Assembly (NCBI GenBank): GCA_046759445.1
Contig: JBHICG010000009.1
Span: forward strand, 1 to 64,000
Length of the DNA: 64,000 nt
Direction: 5' to 3'
Source of the DNA: Candidatus Scalinduaceae bacterium
GTDB taxonomy: Bacteria > Planctomycetota > Brocadiia > Brocadiales > Scalinduaceae
The translations under genes and the position numbers were made by a program. The notes under the pieces are model-generated. The model ran no database searches, was not told where the DNA came from, and saw only the letters and a list, made by a program, of their open reading frames with translations. The stretch's first letter is position 1. The number at the start of each line of letters is the position of its first letter. Below, one piece after another: positions 51,736 through 59,699 of the stretch.

Positions 51736-51816
51736 TAGAAAGGCTAAGGCAATTGCCTGAATTGCACCGAATTGCCTTAAGCTAAGTTTCGCTTCTGACT
51801 CGTCTGGTTTGGGGTT
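51736..51816 (+). repeat. Copy of dispersed GCAATT repeat family
   Basis: TAGAAAGG..GGCAATTGCCTGAATTGCACCGAATTGCCTTAAGCTAAGTTTC. Confidence 0.65.
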
Positions 51817-51855
51817 AATCCCATTATAGAATTATCTTGAAGAGGTATTATAAAA

Positions 51856-53952
51856 CTATTTCTCCTTTCCATTATTATCCAGCTCCGAGACGATATTTGC
51901 TAATTTCTCTAAATCCTTGTCTGCCATTTCTAACTTTTTCGCCTTGACAATCAATTGTCTTTGTAATCTTTTCTGAAAGGTTATATCCTTAGTTAAAAGC
52001 ACAAAACTATGTATTTCATCTCTTTCATCCCTAATGGGGTAGGTATATGCAAGAAAGACTCCATCTAAATTAGGGGCATTCACTTCTCCAATCTCTGGTT
52101 TTTGGGTTGTTGTACTTTTTGCAAGTGGGCAACTTTGCCAATGCTTATCATTGCAATGAAATAACTCATTGCATCTCATATTAGACAATTGTTCTTTGTT
52201 AATGCTAAATCTTTTTAAAAACGCCTTGTTTGCATTGAGGATCCTAAAATCCTTGTCGTGAATAGTTATAATATCCGTAATTGCATCAAATGTATTCTGC
52301 CATTCGTCTCTACTCCTCTTCACTTCTAGAAAAAGTTGAGTGTTCTTCTCGTTTGATTTCTTGAGTTTGTTCATCATTAAATTAAACGATTCTGCCAATT
52401 CTTTTATTTCACCCTTCATTTTAGTAATCACTATTGGATGATCTAAATCACTCTTTACTATCCTTTGAGTTCCTTCTAATAATTTCTTGATACATTTTGC
52501 TATCCCATTGGAAAGAAATACGGCAATCACTACTATAGCCATAATGCCAATAATCCCCATAGTAATGATGACGTTTCTTAAACGCACTATAGGAGCAAAT
52601 GCTTCTGAGACATCCTTTTCCGCTAATATAATCCAATCCATTTCTTTAAAATATATAGAGACACCAAGTATAGGAATGCCTCTATAGTCAGGATATATGC
52701 CAATCATCCCAACTCCATTATCTAGTGCAGACCGAACACCTTCTGTATTAACAACCTTTTTAAGGATAACATCTTTTATAAATCTTGATTCGGTAATCAT
52801 TAATTTATCTCTATTGACAACGTATAATTCTCCTGTCTCTCCCAGTCCTTCCTGCTGCATTAATTCACTAAATTCTTCCGAAATTCCACTTTGAGTAATT
52901 CTCCTAACGATATCACCGCTGTAACGATTAATGATTATGCCTATTGGCCTCATCCCATCCTTAATGGCAAGGAATCTTAAAACCTCGAATGTATTTTCAT
53001 TAAATTCTGGAGAGTAATGTATATCACTAATAATTGAAGAGCCTCTTGCCCTTATTTTTAAAAAAGACGATTCGCTTGAGATATCCCGGCCTATCTGGCC
53101 AATCTCAGAGGAACAGATTACTTTACCATTAAGATTAGTGACATACACCTCGAGAATATCAGGATCAAGGGGCTTCTTATATGTAGAAAGATAGGCATTT
53201 AATTGGTATATATAATAATTAATCCTATCTTCTGTCATTTCTAACTCTTCTGTGTAATCCCTGATATAGCTATCAGAGCTAAGTTCCCTTATATGGGCTT
53301 TATTTTTGGCTATTATTAATGGAAAATAATTCACTTCGGTCTCTCGTTGCGCTGTTACACTACCTTGCTTTCTATCATATCCTTGTTCAGCCTTGATTCG
53401 ACTAACAATGACCCCTATAGGCTGCTGTTCAGCACGGCTTAAGATTACTGTAGAAAAATCAATTACGACTCCACTTAAACGTCTATCATAATGTGGCCCA
53501 TCAGCAAACGCTCTTAATGGTTCTGCTTTTGAGAAATATTCTTCACTAGATAAGTCTCCACCTATTCTGCTTTCGTTTGTAGAAGCAATTACTCTACCAT
53601 TAAGGTTAATAATAAATACCTCAATAATGCTTGGGTCTAGAGACTTCTTTTTTGTAATAAGATATGTATTAATGTTGGCGGTGTAATGATTCTTCTTTCT
53701 TTCTTTTTTGATAAGTTTCTCTGTGATGTCTCTTATGAAATTATCAGAACTAAAATCATGGACACGATCTCTTTTTCCTCGTAAGAAAACATGTATTTTA
53801 TTCTGCAATTCGTCAGCAGCTATTTTTAATTGATTGAAGATATTTTGCTCCACCGTGTTTCTAACATAGAAATAACAGATTGATATCGAGACGGTTGCAA
53901 TTAAAATAGAAGGAATTAAAAACCAGAGTAATATTTTGTTTTTTATAGTCAT
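51856..53952 (-). CDS. Tandem-Cache-HAMP-PAS membrane sensor lacking a kinase domain
   Basis: Internally duplicated periplasmic module; C-terminus closely similar to 49797-51467. Confidence 0.85.
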   Translation of the reverse strand: MTIKNKILLWFLIPSILIATVSISICYFYVRNTVEQNIFNQLKIAADELQNKIHVFLRGKRDRVHDFSSDNFIRDITEKLIKKERKKNHYTANINTYLITKKKSLDPSIIEVFIINLNGRVIASTNESRIGGDLSSEEYFSKAEPLRAFADGPHYDRRLSGVVIDFSTVILSRAEQQPIGVIVSRIKAEQGYDRKQGSVTAQRETEVNYFPLIIAKNKAHIRELSSDSYIRDYTEELEMTEDRINYYIYQLNAYLSTYKKPLDPDILEVYVTNLNGKVICSSEIGQIGRDISSESSFLKIRARGSSIISDIHYSPEFNENTFEVLRFLAIKDGMRPIGIIINRYSGDIVRRITQSGISEEFSELMQQEGLGETGELYVVNRDKLMITESRFIKDVILKKVVNTEGVRSALDNGVGMIGIYPDYRGIPILGVSIYFKEMDWIILAEKDVSEAFAPIVRLRNVIITMGIIGIMAIVVIAVFLSNGIAKCIKKLLEGTQRIVKSDLDHPIVITKMKGEIKELAESFNLMMNKLKKSNEKNTQLFLEVKRSRDEWQNTFDAITDIITIHDKDFRILNANKAFLKRFSINKEQLSNMRCNELFHCNDKHWQSCPLAKSTTTQKPEIGEVNAPNLDGVFLAYTYPIRDERDEIHSFVLLTKDITFQKRLQRQLIVKAKKLEMADKDLEKLANIVSELDNNGKEK

Positions 53953-53959
53953 TTCTCGA

Positions 53960-54334
53960 TCATAAGAAAAAATTCGGTTTTGCTATAAAACCGTTAGCTC
54001 CATTTTTATAAGCCTCAGTAACTGTTTTTTTGTCATAACTCGTTGATACAACAAACACAGGGATTGAACGAAACTTTCTGTGGCCTTTAATAAATTTAAG
54101 GACTTCCAACCCTTTAACTTTTGGCAAATTAATATCCAATATAATCAATTCTATCTTAGAAATTTTCCCGTCATCTCCATTTGTGTAAATTTTCTTAAAG
54201 TAATTTATGGCCTCCTTGCCATTTTTAATAGAGATAATTTCGTTTTTATTGTCCTTTGCCTTAAGTTCTTCAATAATTAACTCAACATGGTCTGAATTAT
54301 CGTCTATTATCAGGGTTTTCTTCCTCAAAGGCAT
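53960..54334 (-). CDS. Single-domain response regulator (Rcp1-like), ends shortly after the KP motif
   Basis: IIDDN, ILDINLPK, VSTS, AKP; AAGGAG RBS before ATG 54334. Confidence 0.85.
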   Translation of the reverse strand: MPLRKKTLIIDDNSDHVELIIEELKAKDNKNEIISIKNGKEAINYFKKIYTNGDDGKISKIELIILDINLPKVKGLEVLKFIKGHRKFRSIPVFVVSTSYDKKTVTEAYKNGANGFIAKPNFFL

Positions 54335-54475
54335 ACTCCTTTTTATGCTATTTTTTTTTGATATTGTAAATATGATCTTTGATCTATTCACTGTGAAGTT
54401 CAACAATCTTTTAGATAGTTCCTCACATTTTCCACTTACTTCTTTTTATGCCATCGAAATACCTTACAGGTTTTT

Positions 54476-54841
54476 CTATCCGATCTTTGCTTTGACTTCT
54501 TCAATCAATTTTTCTCTCGTAAAAGTTTTATCAAGACACACAAGGTTTTTATCTATCTTCCTTAGGTCTTTATAGTCACGCTGTGGGTGGTTGCTGGCTA
54601 TAATAATTGGAATATCCTCGTATTCCTGCATACCCTTTAAGTATAGGAAGAATGTATCTCCCGTCATCATATCTAATGAGATATCAAGGATAATCAAATC
54701 AGGCTTCATTTCTTCCAGTTTTAACAATGCTTCATCTCCATCATAGGCATGAATTATTCCATAACCTGTGCCCTCTAGCATCTCCGAATAAAGTTCATGA
54801 AATGACTTTTCATCTTCTACTATCATTATGTTTTTATTCAT
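54476..54841 (-). CDS. Single-domain response regulator
   Basis: IMIVEDE, PDLIILDI, IPIIIAS; AAGGAGG RBS. Confidence 0.88.
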   Translation of the reverse strand: MNKNIMIVEDEKSFHELYSEMLEGTGYGIIHAYDGDEALLKLEEMKPDLIILDISLDMMTGDTFFLYLKGMQEYEDIPIIIASNHPQRDYKDLRKIDKNLVCLDKTFTREKLIEEVKAKIG

Positions 54842-55102
54842 TATTTTTACACCTCCTTCACATTTATAAAAATTAATTTTATGCCTTAGATTTACGAAAC
54901 CCTGTCAGCAAGAATATTCACTTTTGTCCCTATAATAAAATCAAAACCTCCCTGAGTAGCTTGTTTGCAGTCAGTGTGAAAGTGCCACTCTTTCTTTCAC
55001 GAGAAATGTAATTTACGTTTAATTCTAATAATTCGCGGCTATCCAAAGGTCATAAATGCTTTTTAATGACATCGATCGCTTAGGATTTTAAATTATTTAG
55101 TC

Positions 55103-55179
55103 TCTGCTGGTTCAATTGCCGTCTTCCTGCAATGGAGAGATGCGACCCCCTTCCATACATGACAGTTTAAACCAGCAGA
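55103..55179 (-). other. Long RNA hairpin in the predicted sigma54 leader (candidate sRNA or cis-element)
   Basis: 13-bp outer stem plus inner stems; G-U pairs favour the minus strand. Confidence 0.45.
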
Positions 55180-55270
55180 TGGAGTGTTTCAAGGATATTA
55201 TTTTGTACAACATCTGTTAACTCTTTGTGAAAATTATGGATTTTTTATTGCCAAAACCAAAAGCTAATAG

Positions 55271-55287
55271 AGCAAAAACAATACCAA
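55271..55287 (-). promoter_or_regulatory. Putative sigma54 -24/-12 promoter
   Basis: Minus strand TTGGTATTGTTTTTGCT = GG-N10-GC. Confidence 0.65.
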
Positions 55288-55368
55288 TATTTTTTTTAAG
55301 GATGGGAGATTTATAAGTATCTGTAAAATATAAAGATAAATTTCTGACTAGATTTCAATTTGATAATT

Positions 55369-55409
55369 TGTTACAGACCCGTAACAAATTTTGTTATAAA
55401 TCCATAACA
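55369..55409. promoter_or_regulatory. Tandem TGT-N12-ACA palindromes (putative bEBP upstream activating sites)
   Basis: TGTTACAGACCCGTAACA (55369-55386) and TGTTATAAATCCATAACA (55392-55409), 23 bp apart. Confidence 0.65.
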
Positions 55410-55685
55410 AATAACGTAGCGTATAATATTTTGAATATGAGTTTTATCAATTATGAGATGTTATATACGAAAGGAAAAATACTTATGGGGGAGTGAATAT
55501 CCTAGTAAATAAATATTAAGCAATCGCTGTTTAAAATATACAGGGACAAGTTTTGGTAAAAAAATGAGTGTTAGGCATTGGAGCTCCTACGCCTGTACAA
55601 AGGTATGCGATTAAGCCCTTTAGGGTTTATGTGGATTTTATCCTTCAGGATTTAATTCTCATCAAATAGTCAAATAAAAGGCTAA

Positions 55686-55712
55686 AGCCTAAATTCCACT
55701 TACGACTTGTTC
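55686..55712 (+). repeat. Tail-only copy of the AGCCTAAATTC repeat
   Basis: AGCCTAAATTCCACTTACGACTTGTTC vs AGCCTGAATTCTACGTACGACTTGTTC (reverse complement of 26491-26517). Confidence 0.6.
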
Positions 55713-55906
55713 AGCTTTGTGAAAGGAAACAATGAGTAATGTATGCATAGGCAATCAGAAACTGTCTGTGTTTTTCGATATGGTGGAGATTATGAGGGAT
55801 TACTCTGTAAACTCTTAGGTTTGATTTGCAACTTTATATTTAACCATTCGCAATCACTTTCTACTGTCAATTGCTAAACGTATCTTTGGTTACGGTTACA
55901 TCGTCG

Positions 55907-57400
55907 TTATGATTTAATCATTTCTTTCCAGTTTATGCCAAGCACATATATACGCTGTCTCATATTATTTTCCGTAATGCCAAACAGATCTGCCATATCC
56001 CGATATTTGAGACTGTTATTTTTTTTATCATTTTTAAGTCTACTTATACATCTTTGTAGTATTTCCTTCTGCCAATCTTTATGAGTATATTTTTTTATAT
56101 ATTCATTCCATTTGTCTTTCCCCCGCCACTTTTTCTCAAATATTTCATCTATGAGTTTTTCAATATCGAATGGGGGCTTATGTTTATTTTCCTTAACATC
56201 AATATCAAAATAGTCAGTTAACAAAATATTAGAATCACCAGCGTCAATCATGGCGCGGCGCACTGAATTTTCAAATTCTCTTATGTTTCCAGGCCATTCA
56301 CATTCGCTTAATAAATCCAGAACATCAGGCCTCAAATAATCTTTTTCTCCTTTTTTCGACTCAATAAGAATATTCTTATCATCTTCTTCTTTGAATTTTC
56401 TTATAAAGTAAGCAAGCAATTCAGGAATATCTTCTTTCCTTTCTCTCAAAGGAGGAAGATGAATCTTATACTGGATTAAACGATGAAAAAGATCTTCCCT
56501 AAAACTACCAATTTTTATTAAGTCCTCAATGTTCTTATTTGTTGCCGTAAGAACTCTAACATCAACCTTGATATCTCTATTCCCCTTCATCCTTCGAACT
56601 GTTTTTTCCTGCAAGACCCTTAAAAGCTGACCTTGCACTTCAAGTGATGCGTCACCTATTTCATCAATAAATACAGTCCCACCTATAGCTTCTTCAAATA
56701 TTCCTTCGTGGCTACTTTCCGCACCCGTAAAAGCACCCCTTTCATGTCCAAAAAGTTCACTTATAAGCATATTTTCTTTCGAAAAATCAGTACAACTTTT
56801 TGATACATATTTTCCATGACTTCTTTTACTCTTGTCTTTAATTGCCCTCGCCACCAACCCTTTTCCAACACCACTCTCACCCGTAATAAGAATTGTTGCA
56901 TTCGTAGAGGCAACATTTAAGATATCCATACAAACCTTTTTCATAGCTTCCGTTTTACCTATAACAAAATCAAACTCCTTTTGCAAAGACTCCATAGTTG
57001 CGTCTGATTTTTTTATGGCTCTCCTAATCTTCTCTGAGAACTCACTATACACATCGTCAGTACCTGATTTAAGCTGGTCCTTGGCATAGGCAAAAGCGCA
57101 ACCGGAATAGTCTTCAAGCTTGAAATCCTCTTCTGTCACTGTATTTGTGAGCATAATAACTGTAAGTTGAGGATATTTTGCTTTAATATTTCTAAACGTT
57201 ATTTTACCTTTCTTTATGTTGCCGAAACGGATATCAAGCAAAACGGCATTTGGCTTAAAAACATTTATCATCTTTAAAGCATTTTCTGCCTTTGTCTCAT
57301 ACTCAACTTCAAAGCCATTTTCTTGAAGTCCTGATTTTAGGACTTTACACCAACCCATTTCATCATCAACGAGCAATATCCTATTTTTTTTGCAATTCAA
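55907..57400 (-). CDS. Sigma54-dependent response regulator (REC-AAA+-HTH, NtrC family)
   Basis: LLVDDE/LLDI receiver, [26 protein letters not shown] and C-terminal HTH. Confidence 0.95.
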   Translation of the reverse strand: MNCKKNRILLVDDEMGWCKVLKSGLQENGFEVEYETKAENALKMINVFKPNAVLLDIRFGNIKKGKITFRNIKAKYPQLTVIMLTNTVTEEDFKLEDYSGCAFAYAKDQLKSGTDDVYSEFSEKIRRAIKKSDATMESLQKEFDFVIGKTEAMKKVCMDILNVASTNATILITGESGVGKGLVARAIKDKSKRSHGKYVSKSCTDFSKENMLISELFGHERGAFTGAESSHEGIFEEAIGGTVFIDEIGDASLEVQGQLLRVLQEKTVRRMKGNRDIKVDVRVLTATNKNIEDLIKIGSFREDLFHRLIQYKIHLPPLRERKEDIPELLAYFIRKFKEEDDKNILIESKKGEKDYLRPDVLDLLSECEWPGNIREFENSVRRAMIDAGDSNILLTDYFDIDVKENKHKPPFDIEKLIDEIFEKKWRGKDKWNEYIKKYTHKDWQKEILQRCISRLKNDKKNNSLKYRDMADLFGITENNMRQRIYVLGINWKEMIKS

Positions 57401-57851
57401 ACTTTATTGCCTCCAATTTATTTATTATATCTTTAAGAAGTCTTATCATGCTATCTCCATTCTCCAAGGCAGTATTCTTGTCTTTTTCAGAATACTCATT
57501 TGAATCATAAACAATATCATAAATGGTTTTATAATAATAATCCACCTCAAATAGTTGTCTAACGACATCTGTATATACATCTCTTGATACTTTCTCTAAT
57601 ATCTCTTTTCTTTTTTTTAATAACTCAATTTCTTTATCTATTCGACATTTTCCGGTTACAACAATAACGTCTCTCATATTTGCCCATCTTTTTTCTATTA
57701 CCTTTGCATCAGCAATTTTAAGCCGATTTATACTGGATGCGCTAAACCCCAGGATATTATTTAATCTATGGTTTAAAGTTTTTATGTTCTCAATATCCTC
57801 TTTTTTTGCCAGGGATTTATCTAAAGATTTTTCAATATTTGTGGTCATCAT
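57381..57851 (-). CDS. Hypothetical helical protein with H-box-like motif
   Basis: TLNHRLNNILGF resembles HisKA H-E-L-N-N-P-L; overlaps the bEBP start by 20 nt. Confidence 0.6.
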   Translation of the reverse strand: MMTTNIEKSLDKSLAKKEDIENIKTLNHRLNNILGFSASSINRLKIADAKVIEKRWANMRDVIVVTGKCRIDKEIELLKKRKEILEKVSRDVYTDVVRQLFEVDYYYKTIYDIVYDSNEYSEKDKNTALENGDSMIRLLKDIINKLEAIKFELQKK

Positions 57852-57954
57852 GAAAACTATTATTTTCTAATTCATATATGATGTTGTTTATACTCAGATC
57901 TCTTTTATCTAAAATTCAATATTTATATAGCTTATGAATGGGGAGCCAGTTACT

Positions 57955-58248
57955 TTATGGTATATAACCCCTTCTAATAAGTTCTTGACTCATAACCTCT
58001 AATTCTTTTTTAAGTCTGTTTATTTTATCAATGTCTCGACTACTATACTCAGTACCAACATACTCGTTGGGATTTCGTTGTTTAGGGTTGTAACTACCTT
58101 CACGTTTTACCATATAAAGCTTAAGGTCAGTGGCATAATATTTATCTATTAACTCTTTATCAGTTAGTTTTTCTACAGGTTTCAGCGCAGAACATGCATA
58201 AATCATAAATGGTATCAGGATAGTTATAATTGTTTTTTTCATTCCCAC
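57955..58248 (-). CDS. Hypothetical lipoprotein
   Basis: MKKT + hydrophobic stretch + IYAC lipobox-like motif. Confidence 0.6.
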   Translation of the reverse strand: MGMKKTIITILIPFMIYACSALKPVEKLTDKELIDKYYATDLKLYMVKREGSYNPKQRNPNEYVGTEYSSRDIDKINRLKKELEVMSQELIRRGYIP

Positions 58249-58439
58249 TTAGGAAATGTTATACAATTTTGCTTATAATTTCAACCTGAAATAGTAAATG
58301 AGTAAACCTTAATAATTATGATTTACTCTTTATATATCTTTCCATCACAACTTGCAAGATTCTCTTTAATTTTTTACTATTACAATAAACAAATTTTTTG
58401 ATATTATTAATCGATAACATTATTCAATAAATAGAATAT

Positions 58440-59699
58440 ATGGAACTAATGGAAAGATATGCAAGTGCAGTCCGTGATAATGTAAATGAATGGATTAAAG
58501 ATGTAAAAGACGTAAATGTCCTCGTGGGAATACCCTGTTATAATAATGAAGATACGATATCCCACGTAGTATCAACGGCAGCCAAGGGATTAAGGGCGTA
58601 TTTCCATGATAATAAGAGCGCTCTATTTGTCTCTGATGGTGGATCTACTGACGATACACGTGAAAAGGCATATACCGCTACAATCCCGGAAGGGTTTCAC
58701 AGAAGGGTTTCAATATATCGTGGTATGCCAGGGAAAGGCACCTCATTCAGGGCAGTATTTGAAGTAGCAAAGTTTTTAAAAGCAGATTGTTGTATTGTGA
58801 TTGATTCGGATTTACGAAGCATTACACCAGAATGGATAAAACTTCTTGCCGAGCCTGTCCTTAACAAAAGCGCAGGGTTTGTAGCACCGTCTTATATAAG
58901 ACACAAACATGATGGTACAATTACCAACAATATTGTTTATCCTATGACAAGAGCCCTTTATGGATTACGAATGAGACAACCAATAGGTGGCGATTTTGGT
59001 TTCAGCGGAGAATTAGCAGACCTGTACACAAAAGAAAACGTGTGGGATACAGATGTAGCTCGATATGGCATTGATATATGGATGAGCACTACAGCCATAA
59101 ACGAGGGTTTTAAGATAGTACAGGCGCAGTTACGTACAAAGGTGCATGATGCAAAGGACCCGGTTGCCCATTTAGGAGGCATGTTCAGGGAGGTCGTTAG
59201 TACTTTATTTTACCTTATGGGCAAATACGAATCTAAATGGAGAACCATAAAAGGCAGCACTCCCGTTGAAACAATAGGGGAGCCAAAAGAAGTAGCCAAG
59301 ATAGAACCCGTATCTGTAAATTTAAGCAAACTGGAAATAGAATTTTTGGAGGGTTTCTATCACTTTAATCCACTCTATAAGCAAATTATAGAGCCAGAAA
59401 GTTATAACCAACTCTTCAAAAACATACGCAAATTAAAAAAAACTGGAGAGGTTATATTTCCAACTGATTTATGGGCAAAGATATTATACGACTTTGCCTT
59501 TACTTACCAGACGTGGAGCCGAAATAGACGTAAACTTGTAGACATCTTAATACCCCTTTACTTTGGGAGAACAGCGGCATATTGCCATGAGGTCTCTGAA
59601 TTGGACGCTGAGCAATCCGAAAAGGTTGTAGAAAACCAGGCAAAGGTATTTGAAGACCTCAAACCTTATTTAATCAAGAAATACGAGGCATGGGAGTAA
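58440..59699 (+). CDS. GT-A glycosyltransferase, glucosylglycerate/mannosylglycerate synthase-like
   Basis: VGIPCYNNE, SDGGSTD, PGKG, DSDLRS, RQPIGGDF and YGIDIW motifs. Confidence 0.75.
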   Translation: MELMERYASAVRDNVNEWIKDVKDVNVLVGIPCYNNEDTISHVVSTAAKGLRAYFHDNKSALFVSDGGSTDDTREKAYTATIPEGFHRRVSIYRGMPGKGTSFRAVFEVAKFLKADCCIVIDSDLRSITPEWIKLLAEPVLNKSAGFVAPSYIRHKHDGTITNNIVYPMTRALYGLRMRQPIGGDFGFSGELADLYTKENVWDTDVARYGIDIWMSTTAINEGFKIVQAQLRTKVHDAKDPVAHLGGMFREVVSTLFYLMGKYESKWRTIKGSTPVETIGEPKEVAKIEPVSVNLSKLEIEFLEGFYHFNPLYKQIIEPESYNQLFKNIRKLKKTGEVIFPTDLWAKILYDFAFTYQTWSRNRRKLVDILIPLYFGRTAAYCHEVSELDAEQSEKVVENQAKVFEDLKPYLIKKYEAWE

